Positions 37,836 through 47,319 are shown, numbered from the stretch's first letter. The stretch is 54,857 nt of DNA from a virus (IMGVR_UViG_3300037635_001739:1-54857); one strand, 5' to 3'. Notes: generated from the letters alone by a model not told the origin. Program-made: numbers and translations.

Positions 37836-38775
37836 TCTTTACAAATGATCCGTTAATCATAGAGCCCTTACGCTTGCTTATAACATCGTAAGCGGTAGAA
37901 ATACAATCTTCTATATTGTGTCCTGCTAAATGAGCTAGGTTTGTTAGTACAATAACAATATCACCTATTGCATCGACAATCTCAGGCTCATCTGCTTTAA
38001 TGATTGCTCTTGCAAGTTCGCCAGCTTCTTCTTGCATTTTTATGAATTGCGTCTTAATATCACCCTCTTCATATAAACCGCGCTCATTAGCCCATTCACG
38101 TATTGCAGGAAATATACATTGCTCACAGTTAGTTTCAGGCTTAACAAGATCATATATAACATCCCCGTCAATGTATGAATCACTTGTTGAGATATGACTA
38201 AGGGCGGGATGGCTAATAGATGGGCTTTGGAATAAAACAGGAGGTTCGGGTAATACACTTGACCTATTAATGTATTGCTTTAAGTTGCCAGTGAGCTTCA
38301 TTGCTTTAGTTAATGCTTTATTATATACATAACACCTGCTACTGTTGTACATCGATGTTCTAACATGCTCCTTGCACCAGCTAATTAAATCGTCGTCAAC
38401 AACAACTACTGCTCCGTCGTTTAAAGTAATCTGTTCGCCTCTGTTGTTCATAAGATATGCTGCTAGCTCTCTTGCATAACAAGGAAATGTTGTAGTCATA
38501 TCGGTAACATTAATTTTAAATTCAGTCATAGTTTTTGGTTTTTGTTTTTTCATTAAGTCTTTGTAGCTTTGCCTATCTACAGTGTAACCGTAAAATTTTT
38601 GGTATTCTATTTCTTTAATAGAAGCTGCTTCTAAATCTCTAGATACAAAAAGCAACTCAACTTCGTCGGGTTCATATCCTTGTTGTTCAAATACTCGATC
38701 TCCTAAATCTTTTGTCATACCTACTTTTATTTTAGGTATATGATAAACGTAATACATTGGTTTTGTTTTACTCAT
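37822..38775 (-). CDS. MazG-like NTP pyrophosphohydrolase with N-terminal GIY-YIG-like segment
   Basis: C-terminal KMQEEAGELA...DAIGD...AYDVISKRKG; N-terminal YYVYHIP..KVGMTKDL..R. Confidence 0.75.
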   Translation of the reverse strand: MSKTKPMYYVYHIPKIKVGMTKDLGDRVFEQQGYEPDEVELLFVSRDLEAASIKEIEYQKFYGYTVDRQSYKDLMKKQKPKTMTEFKINVTDMTTTFPCYARELAAYLMNNRGEQITLNDGAVVVVDDDLISWCKEHVRTSMYNSSRCYVYNKALTKAMKLTGNLKQYINRSSVLPEPPVLFQSPSISHPALSHISTSDSYIDGDVIYDLVKPETNCEQCIFPAIREWANERGLYEEGDIKTQFIKMQEEAGELARAIIKADEPEIVDAIGDIVIVLTNLAHLAGHNIEDCISTAYDVISKRKGSMINGSFVKNETL

Positions 38776-38786
38776 AGGGTTTTGTT

Positions 38787-39614
38787 TTATTTACCTACAC
38801 TCAGCGGGGCTGATATAGCAGGCAAAGGATTATAATTTTTTATTCTTATTTCATTTAATTCAGGTATATGTAATATAAATTTCGAATCTATAAATATACC
38901 ATAGTCTAATTCTAATTCAGCACATTTAGGATTGTTATGTCTGTATAAAAATTCATTAGCTTGATCTATATGATTATTATATAAATGACAATCACCTAAC
39001 TGCCCTATTAACCTACCCGGCTTTAAACCAGCGCCTTTAGCTAACATTTCTAACAACATTCCATACATTGCAATATCATAAGGCAATCCTAAGAATACAT
39101 CAGCAGATCGTTGCTGCCACATTAAATCTAGCTTACCATCATTAATATATACTTGAAACGCATAATGACAGGGGGGTAAAGCCATTTCCGGCATATCAAT
39201 TGGATTCCACGCACTAACCAATAATCTTCTTGACTTGGGATTATAATTTATATCATGTACTAACTTGTAAAACTGATCAAGTCCTCCAAAATCTCGCCAT
39301 TGCTTACCATATACTGGGCCTAATGTTTCATCCGTACGGCTAGATCTTTCATAGTCTGGCCTCCAATATTTAACACCATTATCTTCAAGATATTTTAAGT
39401 CTGTCCTACCGTTAAGAATCCATAATAATTCAGTTCTTGCTGCGTTGAAACTAATACGCTTTGCATTAATGATAGGGAACCCAAGAGACATGTCGTGTTC
39501 AATACTCCTTCCGAAGACTGATCTAGTTCCAGTTCCCGTACGATCTGCTTTAGCTTTTCCTCCATGCAATATAGCTGATAGTAACGCTCTGTATTCATCT
39601 TGTATATTATTCAT
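38787..39614 (-). CDS. thyA: Thymidylate synthase-family protein with Asp at the Asn177 position (possible dCMP methylase)
   Basis: DRTGTGT, ELLW, LGPVYG, SRR, LPPCH (Cys149), QRSADVFLGLPYD (Asp180), DCHLYNNH. Confidence 0.85.
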   Translation of the reverse strand: MNNIQDEYRALLSAILHGGKAKADRTGTGTRSVFGRSIEHDMSLGFPIINAKRISFNAARTELLWILNGRTDLKYLEDNGVKYWRPDYERSSRTDETLGPVYGKQWRDFGGLDQFYKLVHDINYNPKSRRLLVSAWNPIDMPEMALPPCHYAFQVYINDGKLDLMWQQRSADVFLGLPYDIAMYGMLLEMLAKGAGLKPGRLIGQLGDCHLYNNHIDQANEFLYRHNNPKCAELELDYGIFIDSKFILHIPELNEIRIKNYNPLPAISAPLSVGK

Positions 39615-39819
39615 TGCTTAGTACTGATTTAATTTTCTCAACGTAATTAGCCGCATCTAACAGCTCTTCTTGCAAATGTTGTAACCAAGTTAATAAACTT
39701 GAATTGTCGCCATCTAATGTGACCTTGTACTTATTAAAGCCAACATCTGATCTACTAACTAATTGATCAACGACCTTCTCAATTATTGGGTCTCTAAATT
39801 CTATTTCTTTTTTTGTCAT
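39607..39819 (-). CDS. Small all-alpha NTP pyrophosphatase-like protein
   Basis: G..KY..TL...WLQHLQEELLDAANY with an EExxD motif. Confidence 0.5.
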   Translation of the reverse strand: MTKKEIEFRDPIIEKVVDQLVSRSDVGFNKYKVTLDGDNSSLLTWLQHLQEELLDAANYVEKIKSVLSNE

Positions 39820-40070
39820 TTATTATATTTTTTATAGTAATAGTTATAAAATTCATACATCTTTTGCCATACTTTATTTCTAGGATATTCTTCTGGCGAT
39901 TGGTTAACGCGTTTATTAACTTCAATTATCAACCACCATTTAGTAGGTGTTCCTCTAACAGTAGGCTTAGGATAAATCCTTATTCCGTTCTTGTTACACC
40001 ATATTCTGGCAGCCTCTTCATAATCTTCTGCATTATACATACCCATCATTGATGTTTTTTTTCTAGGCAT
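39816..40070 (-). CDS. Hypothetical protein
   Basis: 84-aa ORF coupled to both neighbours. Confidence 0.6.
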   Translation of the reverse strand: MPRKKTSMMGMYNAEDYEEAARIWCNKNGIRIYPKPTVRGTPTKWWLIIEVNKRVNQSPEEYPRNKVWQKMYEFYNYYYKKYNK

Positions 40071-41780
40071 CTATTCCCAAGGCATTGATTGATCTTCAGC
40101 AGGCACATGAGGAATGTAACAGCCACTGTTTCTATCCCAAGTAAAGTGGCATTCAGCTCCGTTGGTTCCTAAGTTTTGAAACTTACATTTTAGTATCTTA
40201 ACTTTAACGGTATTAAGATCATAATTTCTATGAACTAATAAACCGTGATAACTTGCATCATACCATTCACCTCCACCTTTAATAGAATACATTGTTGGTT
40301 CGTCAATCTCACCGGTCTTTTGATTCTTATACATTTTAGTAGGGTGAGCAACAACAAAAACTAACACATCGTACTTCTTAGCAAAGACTTCAATCTTTGT
40401 TAAGTAATCCATAGTATATCTATTAACGTCGTCAGATTCAGCGTTAATATCTCTTACTTTGTTAAATGGATCAATAACCAGGCATTTAATACCTTTTCTT
40501 TTCACCAGCTCGGCTCCTTTCTTCAAGACAGCTTCAAGTGAATAGCGCTCCATATCAATGTGAAAGTAGTTGTCATTGCAATGATCTGCAATATGATTCC
40601 ATTTTTCTGTGTCAATATCTTCTTTAGCTGGCATACCTTGCCAGTGCTTACGCATTAATTTATGTGCGTGGAGAAACGTTGGTACATTTTCAGGCGAAGC
40701 ATAAGCTGTTTTCCAACCATACTTTTGATTATAGCCGACAACCATTTGATCGACAAAATCAGATTTACCGGAACTAGGTATGCCAGTGACAGTAATGAAC
40801 TGACCAGTATAAGTTGAAAATATGTCATCAAAGTTATCAAGGCCGATTTGAAATCCTGGTGTAAAACCATTGCGAACAAAGTCCGTAACCTCATCTTCAA
40901 TATCCCGGAACGTTGTAACGTTCTCCATTGGTACAGGTTTTGCCCCTGTAATACGCTTTGATAATTCTTCTTTTCCATATTTTATTAAGTATTCGTTTGC
41001 ATCTTTACAATCGTCGAATGTTGTTATATAACATACTTCAGATCCTAAACGTCTGATCATTTCATTTTGCAATGCTAAACCAGCATCGTCGGTATCTACT
41101 GCTAAGATTATCCTTTCTTTATCATCAAAGTAATCAATACAGTTATCTAAATAATCTAGGTTGTTTTGACCCAGTGTTGCACCGTTAGGCACAGATATTA
41201 CATTAGTTATGCCAGCTTCATGTAGTGCTAAAGCATCCATTTCACCTTCCACAATTACACAATAGCTATATCCAACTATCGAATCAATATTATAAAATAC
41301 TTTCTCAGCTCCTTTAACTAACTTAAAGTTTTTACGCCCGTCTCTGTATTTGACGTTTGTTAGCTTGCCACCCATGAAGTAATTGAAATGTATAGCATTT
41401 TCTTCCTTCTGTGTTTGAGGCATCCATTCCTTGCCCTCTGTAACTTTCATATCTACTAGTGTAGACTTTGATATTCCTCTACCTTTAAACCATTCAACAA
41501 CCGCATCTGACACTGCGTATTGTGAATCCTCTTTAAAAGGCTTAGGCATTTCATATACTTTCTCGGCCTTACCTTTTCTTTTATATGTGTGTAATTGAAA
41601 TGGCGTATTACAGTTATGGCATGTGCCAATACCCCTCTCCCAATCATAAGAGGCACACTTTGCTTTTTGATTTTTAGGTTTTCGATCATGAGAACACAGC
41701 GGGCATATACCTTGACTCTTCTCGTCTAGCTTATGCTGATTGTATACATCAATCTGAAAGCCGTTTATTTCGGTGATCAT
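40071..41780 (-). CDS. Primase-helicase (T7 gp4/Twinkle-like)
   Basis: Zn finger CPLC...CHNC; TOPRIM EGEMD...DTDDAG; KDANE; Walker A GIPSSGKS; LVIDP; VAHPTK. Confidence 0.92.
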   Translation of the reverse strand: MITEINGFQIDVYNQHKLDEKSQGICPLCSHDRKPKNQKAKCASYDWERGIGTCHNCNTPFQLHTYKRKGKAEKVYEMPKPFKEDSQYAVSDAVVEWFKGRGISKSTLVDMKVTEGKEWMPQTQKEENAIHFNYFMGGKLTNVKYRDGRKNFKLVKGAEKVFYNIDSIVGYSYCVIVEGEMDALALHEAGITNVISVPNGATLGQNNLDYLDNCIDYFDDKERIILAVDTDDAGLALQNEMIRRLGSEVCYITTFDDCKDANEYLIKYGKEELSKRITGAKPVPMENVTTFRDIEDEVTDFVRNGFTPGFQIGLDNFDDIFSTYTGQFITVTGIPSSGKSDFVDQMVVGYNQKYGWKTAYASPENVPTFLHAHKLMRKHWQGMPAKEDIDTEKWNHIADHCNDNYFHIDMERYSLEAVLKKGAELVKRKGIKCLVIDPFNKVRDINAESDDVNRYTMDYLTKIEVFAKKYDVLVFVVAHPTKMYKNQKTGEIDEPTMYSIKGGGEWYDASYHGLLVHRNYDLNTVKVKILKCKFQNLGTNGAECHFTWDRNSGCYIPHVPAEDQSMPWE

Positions 41781-41802
41781 ATATTATTTAATTATTTGAG
41801 TT

Positions 41803-41837
41803 AAAAAAAGGAGAGCACACATTTCTATATACTCTCC
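41803..41837 (-). terminator. Rho-independent terminator
   Basis: On - strand: GGAGAGTATAT...GTGTGCTCTCC followed by TTTTTTT. Confidence 0.75.
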
Positions 41838-41866
41838 GATAAATTTAATTAGATTAGTTAAAATCT

Positions 41867-42181
41867 TTAGAATGGTAGATCATCTTCTACCGCCGCAGGT
41901 GCTGCTGCTGCTGGTGCAGCCGGAGCGCCTTCTCTTGGTGCAGTCGCAACGTTTGTTCCGTTGGTCCATACAACTTTTACATTTCCTAAGTAAACTTTAT
42001 CTACTTTTGCTTCTCGCTCTTCTTTAGATTGTTCTACAATGATAGGTCCGTTATCGCCATAGTTACCAAGCTCGTCATTGATTGTAATTGTTATTGGTAA
42101 ATAAGACCCTTTCTTTCCTTTGTAAATCTTGTCTTTAGGAATTGCTGCTAAGTTTAGATTAGCTTTAATAATTGATGCCAT
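41867..42181 (-). CDS. Putative single-stranded DNA-binding protein
   Basis: Small beta-rich protein with Pro/Ala linker and acidic EDDLPF C-terminus. Confidence 0.7.
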   Translation of the reverse strand: MASIIKANLNLAAIPKDKIYKGKKGSYLPITITINDELGNYGDNGPIIVEQSKEEREAKVDKVYLGNVKVVWTNGTNVATAPREGAPAAPAAAAPAAVEDDLPF

Positions 42182-42184
42182 AAA

Positions 42185-42346
42185 TTAATAAGTTTGTAAT
42201 TGGTTAAACATTCGTGTTAATTGTTCTTTTGTCGCGCCCGTGGTTCGTCGAATGTTATCGACCGCTTTGACGTGGTTCTGGTTTGTGTAAAAGTTACTAG
42301 CTTTTGTTTTCATTCCGGTAACTGTACAGGTTCTTTTGTTTGTCAT
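42185..42346 (-). CDS. Small hypothetical protein (53 aa)
   Basis: MTNKRTCTVTG...; ATG at 42346 has an A-rich leader and is preferred over 42478. Confidence 0.55.
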   Translation of the reverse strand: MTNKRTCTVTGMKTKASNFYTNQNHVKAVDNIRRTTGATKEQLTRMFNQLQTY

Positions 42347-42437
42347 TTTTAAAAATTTAATTAGATTCAATATTATTATCATTTTGTATGCGTGTTTAAT
42401 CTGCAACTTATAATGTCCCAGAATATAAATAATAAAA

Positions 42438-42608
42438 TTACTCTCGGTAATCGTTGTAAACTTCAATCGTGTCACCATTAAAAACCACCTGATTAAATCT
42501 GAAAATAACTTTTTCTAATTCTTTTAAGGTTATTTCTTTTCCTTTCCATTCTTTTACTAATGCAGGTCGGATTTGATCGTTTGTAAAAATTATTTTATAT
42601 TTTTTCAT
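42438..42608 (-). CDS. Small hypothetical protein (56 aa)
   Basis: MKKYKIIFTND...TIEVYNDYRE*; starts immediately after the exonuclease stop. Confidence 0.6.
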   Translation of the reverse strand: MKKYKIIFTNDQIRPALVKEWKGKEITLKELEKVIFRFNQVVFNGDTIEVYNDYRE

Positions 42609-42609
42609 A

Positions 42610-43359
42610 TTATAATGTTCCAGACTTTACGTAATCCTTTAAATCGAATAGTGGATCAGCTATTAAGGTTTCGTATGCGTCCATAGCCCAAGCTACTTTG
42701 GCCTCACCTCTTTCATAAAATTCATCAGAGCAATCATATATTCCTATTTGATGTGTCTTTTTACATATAACTAAGAACACCAAGTCATAACCAAATATTT
42801 CTTTATAAATGTATGCTTGACTGTCATAATTATATATATTTGCGCTCTTTTTAAATTTGTTAATATCACCAGTTGTTTTTATATCTATGATCAGGCCTTG
42901 ATCTTTGTTAATACAATCGGCTTTACCTTTCCACCAAGTACCATTAATTTCTTTGATACCAGGCTCTTCGTTAATTGTGTCACCTTTTAAAAGCGAAGTA
43001 CAAACATCGTTGTTCAAGATTTTACTTATCATCTCTTCACATTTGTCGACTTCTTTTTTAAGTAGTAACATTTCTTTACCTGATTCTTTTAGCGCTTCCT
43101 TATATAATTTAGTTGTTCTTGTCGTTGCATCAACATAAGGGTAATTAGCTTTTAGTTTTTCAGGTTCGAGTATTGCTGTGTGGAGATATCCACCGATAAG
43201 AAAATTAATATTCGTACCGGTCGATTTTCCAAATTGCTCAGGATCGTTTAGTAATTTATATATGTCACTATTAGATCTATATTGTCTTCCCACTCCATTA
43301 TAATACTCTTCATCATTGCGTAGTAATTCAACTACTTTTTTTTGTTCTGCTTTAGTCAT
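42610..43359 (-). CDS. PD-(D/E)XK exonuclease, RecE/ExoVIII (DUF3799)-like
   Basis: SNSDI, G..LHTAILEP, KGKAD...IIDIKTT, YDSQAYIY. Confidence 0.8.
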   Translation of the reverse strand: MTKAEQKKVVELLRNDEEYYNGVGRQYRSNSDIYKLLNDPEQFGKSTGTNINFLIGGYLHTAILEPEKLKANYPYVDATTRTTKLYKEALKESGKEMLLLKKEVDKCEEMISKILNNDVCTSLLKGDTINEEPGIKEINGTWWKGKADCINKDQGLIIDIKTTGDINKFKKSANIYNYDSQAYIYKEIFGYDLVFLVICKKTHQIGIYDCSDEFYERGEAKVAWAMDAYETLIADPLFDLKDYVKSGTL

Positions 43360-43931
43360 TAAAGTGTTTCAGTTGTAACTGGTTTTGCCGCTTCTAAGGC
43401 TTTCTTAATTGCAGCTGTCATATCATACTTACTGGCTATTGCGCTCACGTCACCTCCTGATTCTACAAATTTCAACGCCTTCTTATATAAAGCTGAGGTC
43501 TTACTTGTTATTTGCTCCTTTGCTTTCTTACCAGAGTGATCGTTGGAAGCGTCCGCATCTGCAGTGTCGTCGATTAGGAATAAATTACCTAAAGCGTATT
43601 TCTTTGCATAACTGGAGGCTGCTCCATATCTTTGTGGCATACTCATGCCTTTAATTAATAGGTCGACACCAACGATCGCTACAGCTTGTATAGAGACTTC
43701 CTCTTCTCCGTCCATAATTTTTGCAGTTGATTGCATGACCGGAGGATCAATACTAACCATCTCTTCAGATACAGTTACCGTTACATTGTGTTTAACGCAA
43801 AACGGTTTTACAGCCTCCAGTATATCTTCTGCTGCTCGGTAGTAATATTTACCGAAGCCATTGTATCTGGATTTTTTAGCTTTCATTTCTGCCTGAATTG
43901 TTGCTAATTTAGTTATTAAATTTGATTTCAT
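43359..43931 (-). CDS. ERF-family ssDNA-annealing protein
   Basis: N.FGKYYYRAAEDILEAVKP...Q.YGAASSYAKKYALGNLFLIDD. Confidence 0.85.
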   Translation of the reverse strand: MKSNLITKLATIQAEMKAKKSRYNGFGKYYYRAAEDILEAVKPFCVKHNVTVTVSEEMVSIDPPVMQSTAKIMDGEEEVSIQAVAIVGVDLLIKGMSMPQRYGAASSYAKKYALGNLFLIDDTADADASNDHSGKKAKEQITSKTSALYKKALKFVESGGDVSAIASKYDMTAAIKKALEAAKPVTTETL

Positions 43932-44016
43932 TTATATAGGGTTTATTGGTTTATAATTTGTGAACTTTGGTACATTATAATTATTACACATTTTTACAAT
44001 TAATTAAGCGTGTAAC

Positions 44017-44769
44017 TTACAGATAATCAACCACTTGCGACGGTGAAACATTAGCTATTAATTTATCTATTGCTTCCTTTTTTATTTGCGAAATTCTTAC
44101 GTTAGCGGTATTAACTTGAATGCCTAAAAATTTAGCGATTTCGTTAGCTCGCATTTTATCGCAGTCAAGCCCGTAAAATAATCTTATTACCTGAAATTGT
44201 GTATCATCTAAATGGGATTTCATTATGCTCATTAAATAAGCGTTTAATATATTTAAGTTATATTTTGGATGGTTATCCTCTATCTGGTGGTATATATTTT
44301 CTCCATTAGAATCTACACCTGTTTCCAGCTTATTAAATATAGAATTAAAGAACATTGACACAATAGCCTCATCATTGGGATTTTTGCGTATTTCGTTTAT
44401 CTTATGCTCAGGGATTCTCATATCGCCTCTATTAATGTCTATAGCTCTTCGTATGGCTCCTTTGATTCTTTTGCTAAAGAAACTTTTTAATGTTTTTTCT
44501 ATATCCCCGGATTTATTAAGAGATTCCCAATCTAATTTATCAACTGCTTGTATTAACCCTGCGCTTCCTTCCTGAATAAGATCATTTATAGTCATTACAC
44601 CGGACGCTTGCTGTGATGTAGAAAATTTTCTAGCTAAATTCTCTACAAGATACATGAATTTAATTATAAGCTCATCTCTAGTGTACTCATCCCAAAATTT
44701 ACCTTCAGGCATAGATAGTTTTAAATCTTCTTTATATCTTACGTAATTTTGTACGTTGTATTTTTTCAT
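44017..44769 (-). CDS. Phage RNA polymerase sigma-70-family factor
   Basis: Region 2 LVENLARKF...DLIQEGSAGLIQAVDK...RIKGAIRRAI; MRIPEH; region 4 helix-turn-helix EIAKFLG...RISQIKKEAIDKL. Confidence 0.85.
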   Translation of the reverse strand: MKKYNVQNYVRYKEDLKLSMPEGKFWDEYTRDELIIKFMYLVENLARKFSTSQQASGVMTINDLIQEGSAGLIQAVDKLDWESLNKSGDIEKTLKSFFSKRIKGAIRRAIDINRGDMRIPEHKINEIRKNPNDEAIVSMFFNSIFNKLETGVDSNGENIYHQIEDNHPKYNLNILNAYLMSIMKSHLDDTQFQVIRLFYGLDCDKMRANEIAKFLGIQVNTANVRISQIKKEAIDKLIANVSPSQVVDYL

Positions 44770-44983
44770 GTTATTGTATTAATACGGATAGTAGCACCAT
44801 CCCTGTTAGCGTAAATAACATGATCCATTGCCATGCTATTATATTTTTTTCGGTAGGATTTTTTTTATCCCACCACTTTTTTATTTTCTTCATCTGTTTC
44901 AGTTTTACATAAGCAATATCCTTTGTCCAGCGTGCAATCGCATAGCCTCCATTGCATATTCTTATTTATTATATCTTCTTGCT

Positions 44984-45607
44984 TCAATTCAATTGTTTAT
45001 TAAGTAATTTATACTCTTTTTTAAGTTCATTAGTAATATTTCTGTATATGGTTCTAGTGGAACAATCAAGTATATTAGCCAATTTATTTATAGTTATCTT
45101 TTCTTTATTGTCATGCAGCAATAGCATAGTCTCATATATTTCTGAGTCAGTAACTTTTGATCTACCAATTAGTTTACCTACAATAGAAAGCTTTTCACTA
45201 GTAGTTAATCCTGTATTATCCTTAAAAATAATTTTACGTATTTTATTAGGAGGAGGAGTATCTAATTCCTTCATTGAAACATCATATATTATACTTTCCA
45301 TAATATGATCGGATATATTAAACGTTGTAAACCCATTAGATTTATTACATATAAATCTTGCAATGCGATTAAACTCTTCTGGATCCATATTTGGATTCAA
45401 GTACCATAACACATACAAATGCCATTTAAGACTTTTGTAAGTAGTTATTTTAGCTTTAGATCCGAAAAGTGTATAGCATTCGCGAGTACCCTCTTCATAA
45501 AACCAGCCCCAAGAATGTTCTTCAGTAGGTTTATCGTTTACTGGGTTGTTCCTATATATTATACGATGTTTCACTAGATATTTTATGTTTCTTTCTATAT
45601 GCGACAT
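44984..45607 (-). CDS. DNA-binding protein with C-terminal helix-turn-helix (candidate initiator or regulator)
   Basis: KITINKLANILDCSTRTIYRN. Confidence 0.6.
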   Translation of the reverse strand: MSHIERNIKYLVKHRIIYRNNPVNDKPTEEHSWGWFYEEGTRECYTLFGSKAKITTYKSLKWHLYVLWYLNPNMDPEEFNRIARFICNKSNGFTTFNISDHIMESIIYDVSMKELDTPPPNKIRKIIFKDNTGLTTSEKLSIVGKLIGRSKVTDSEIYETMLLLHDNKEKITINKLANILDCSTRTIYRNITNELKKEYKLLNKQLN

Positions 45608-45749
45608 TAGCCTCTTACTATAATATATTAACTATCTTTTGTCGCGTTTCGGTTTACTGTTTCTTTTAGAAACAAATGGCTTCCTGTATTTATTTATCTT
45701 AGTAGCTATATTTAAAAAGTCTACTGAAATCATGTGTTCATAAAGTTTT

Positions 45750-46058
45750 TTACTCATCTTGCTTATTTTTTAGTTGTCTTTCTATTTCAGTTATTTTTTC
45801 TTTAATCTGAGATGCTGCTATATAATTTTCATCATCTATAGCTTGCTGTAACTCATTCTCTAAGTATTTTTTAGATATAACAAGACCTTCTTGTGTAGGT
45901 CCTGGTTCTGTTATGTGTAGATCAACACCATCTTGATCTTCTACGACACCTCCAGCAGCAACCCACTTACCAATAAATTCCTCATCTAATTCTTTTTGTT
46001 TGTTTACAATTTTTTTTACTATTAGCTCAGCTAATTTTTCAATTTCTTGTTCAGTCAT
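45750..46058 (-). CDS. Hypothetical protein with UVR-like coiled-coil motif
   Basis: LQQAIDDENYIAASQIKEKI. Confidence 0.6.
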   Translation of the reverse strand: MTEQEIEKLAELIVKKIVNKQKELDEEFIGKWVAAGGVVEDQDGVDLHITEPGPTQEGLVISKKYLENELQQAIDDENYIAASQIKEKITEIERQLKNKQDE

Positions 46059-46398
46059 TTCTATTTTTGTTTAGTGATATTTTAACATTTCTCCACTTGC
46101 CTAAGACGATCTCATTATCTACAAGAAAGTCTATAGCAAATACAAATCTTTTATTCATTCGGTCTTCTACAGTCCAAATTCCATTCATCTCACCTGCATT
46201 CTCAACACAAACCTCAGCGCCAAAAGTAAAGCCAAAAGCTTCAAGATCCCGTGATACAGCCAGCCACCGGTGTTTACCTGGGTTATCAGCATCGATCTTT
46301 TTGTTTGACGCCGTGATTAGAGGTGTCGAGTCAGTTTGTGAGGGTACAGCGTTGTAAACCGTAGCGTGTACGAGTATGTATAGCAACAGCGTTTTCAT
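46051..46398 (-). CDS. 3D-domain protein (MltA-like fold)
   Basis: ATVYNAVPSQTDSTPLITAS...AVSRD...VEDRM...IDFL; hydrophobic N-terminus. Confidence 0.75.
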   Translation of the reverse strand: MKTLLLYILVHATVYNAVPSQTDSTPLITASNKKIDADNPGKHRWLAVSRDLEAFGFTFGAEVCVENAGEMNGIWTVEDRMNKRFVFAIDFLVDNEIVLGKWRNVKISLNKNRND

Positions 46399-46685
46399 CG
46401 ATCTAGTTGGTATATTAGATTATTAATTACTTCTCTTGAAACATATCCAGCAACCATATCGCCATGACAATTTATAAACTGAGGAGTAATGAACTCACCT
46501 TTAATATCCAGTAATGCGACTTCAAATGCAGTATATGAATACAGCTCTAGATCATTCTCACGAGGTATAGAGTATAAACCCTCACCCGCTTGAATGCTTA
46601 TGGTTACTTTACTTTTAGTTTTTAGCACGGATCCAATACCACCGTGCGTCTGTTTTCTGAATCTTAAATCATCAAATGTTATCAT
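46395..46685 (-). CDS. Hypothetical protein
   Basis: 96-aa ORF in operon. Confidence 0.6.
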   Translation of the reverse strand: MITFDDLRFRKQTHGGIGSVLKTKSKVTISIQAGEGLYSIPRENDLELYSYTAFEVALLDIKGEFITPQFINCHGDMVAGYVSREVINNLIYQLDR

Positions 46686-46695
46686 AGTTTTAGTT

Positions 46696-47301
46696 TTAGT
46701 GGAATATTAATCCAATTTTATTATTAGTGTTATACCATTTAGTCGCTTTTAGATCATACTCACTGCTATCGATATAGCCAGCACTGTTGAGATCGTCAGC
46801 AGAGCTAAAAATTCGGGTGTGACGGTCGGTTTTTTCATTGATTAAATGTTTTTGTTTACCTGAGTCGCTGTATATAATGTCATAGTTATCAGGCAGTTGT
46901 ACTTCTTTAGTTAATTGTACCATATTGGTATAAGAATAAAACTTAACATCTGGATTATCTTTAGCAATTTGAATCCATTTGTTTAAGTATGCACGGCTGT
47001 AATAATCGCCACTATCATGTACTCTTACAAAGTCAGGTTTCTTACGTCTGATCTCATCATTCATGGTTGGTATGAATTCATCAGTTTTACTTAACTCATA
47101 TCGCTTTTCAAAAGCGGGTTGGACGTTGGACCAAATGTAAGCGCCTTTCTTAGCATAACAGAACTTAACACACTCATCAGCCATAGGACAAGTAAGCTTA
47201 CCTGATGCAGATTTGTACGCGGGAATACCGAAGTTCATTAGCTTAACACCGAAGTATTTACTAGTCTTTTTGATTTTAGAATTTTGTGTAAGTAAGTTCA
47301 T
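46696..47301 (-). CDS. Gp88-like protein (radical-SAM-like Cys motif)
   Basis: TCPMADECVKFCYA...VRVHDSGDYY...FYSYT. Confidence 0.7.
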   Translation of the reverse strand: MNLLTQNSKIKKTSKYFGVKLMNFGIPAYKSASGKLTCPMADECVKFCYAKKGAYIWSNVQPAFEKRYELSKTDEFIPTMNDEIRRKKPDFVRVHDSGDYYSRAYLNKWIQIAKDNPDVKFYSYTNMVQLTKEVQLPDNYDIIYSDSGKQKHLINEKTDRHTRIFSSADDLNSAGYIDSSEYDLKATKWYNTNNKIGLIFH

Positions 47302-47319
47302 ATTGTTATTATTTAGTTA

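Noticed and set aside
42346-42478. N-terminal extension of ORF 42185..42478
   Set aside because: It overlaps a better ORF (42438..42608) and an AT-rich leader; ATG 42346 is the more plausible start.
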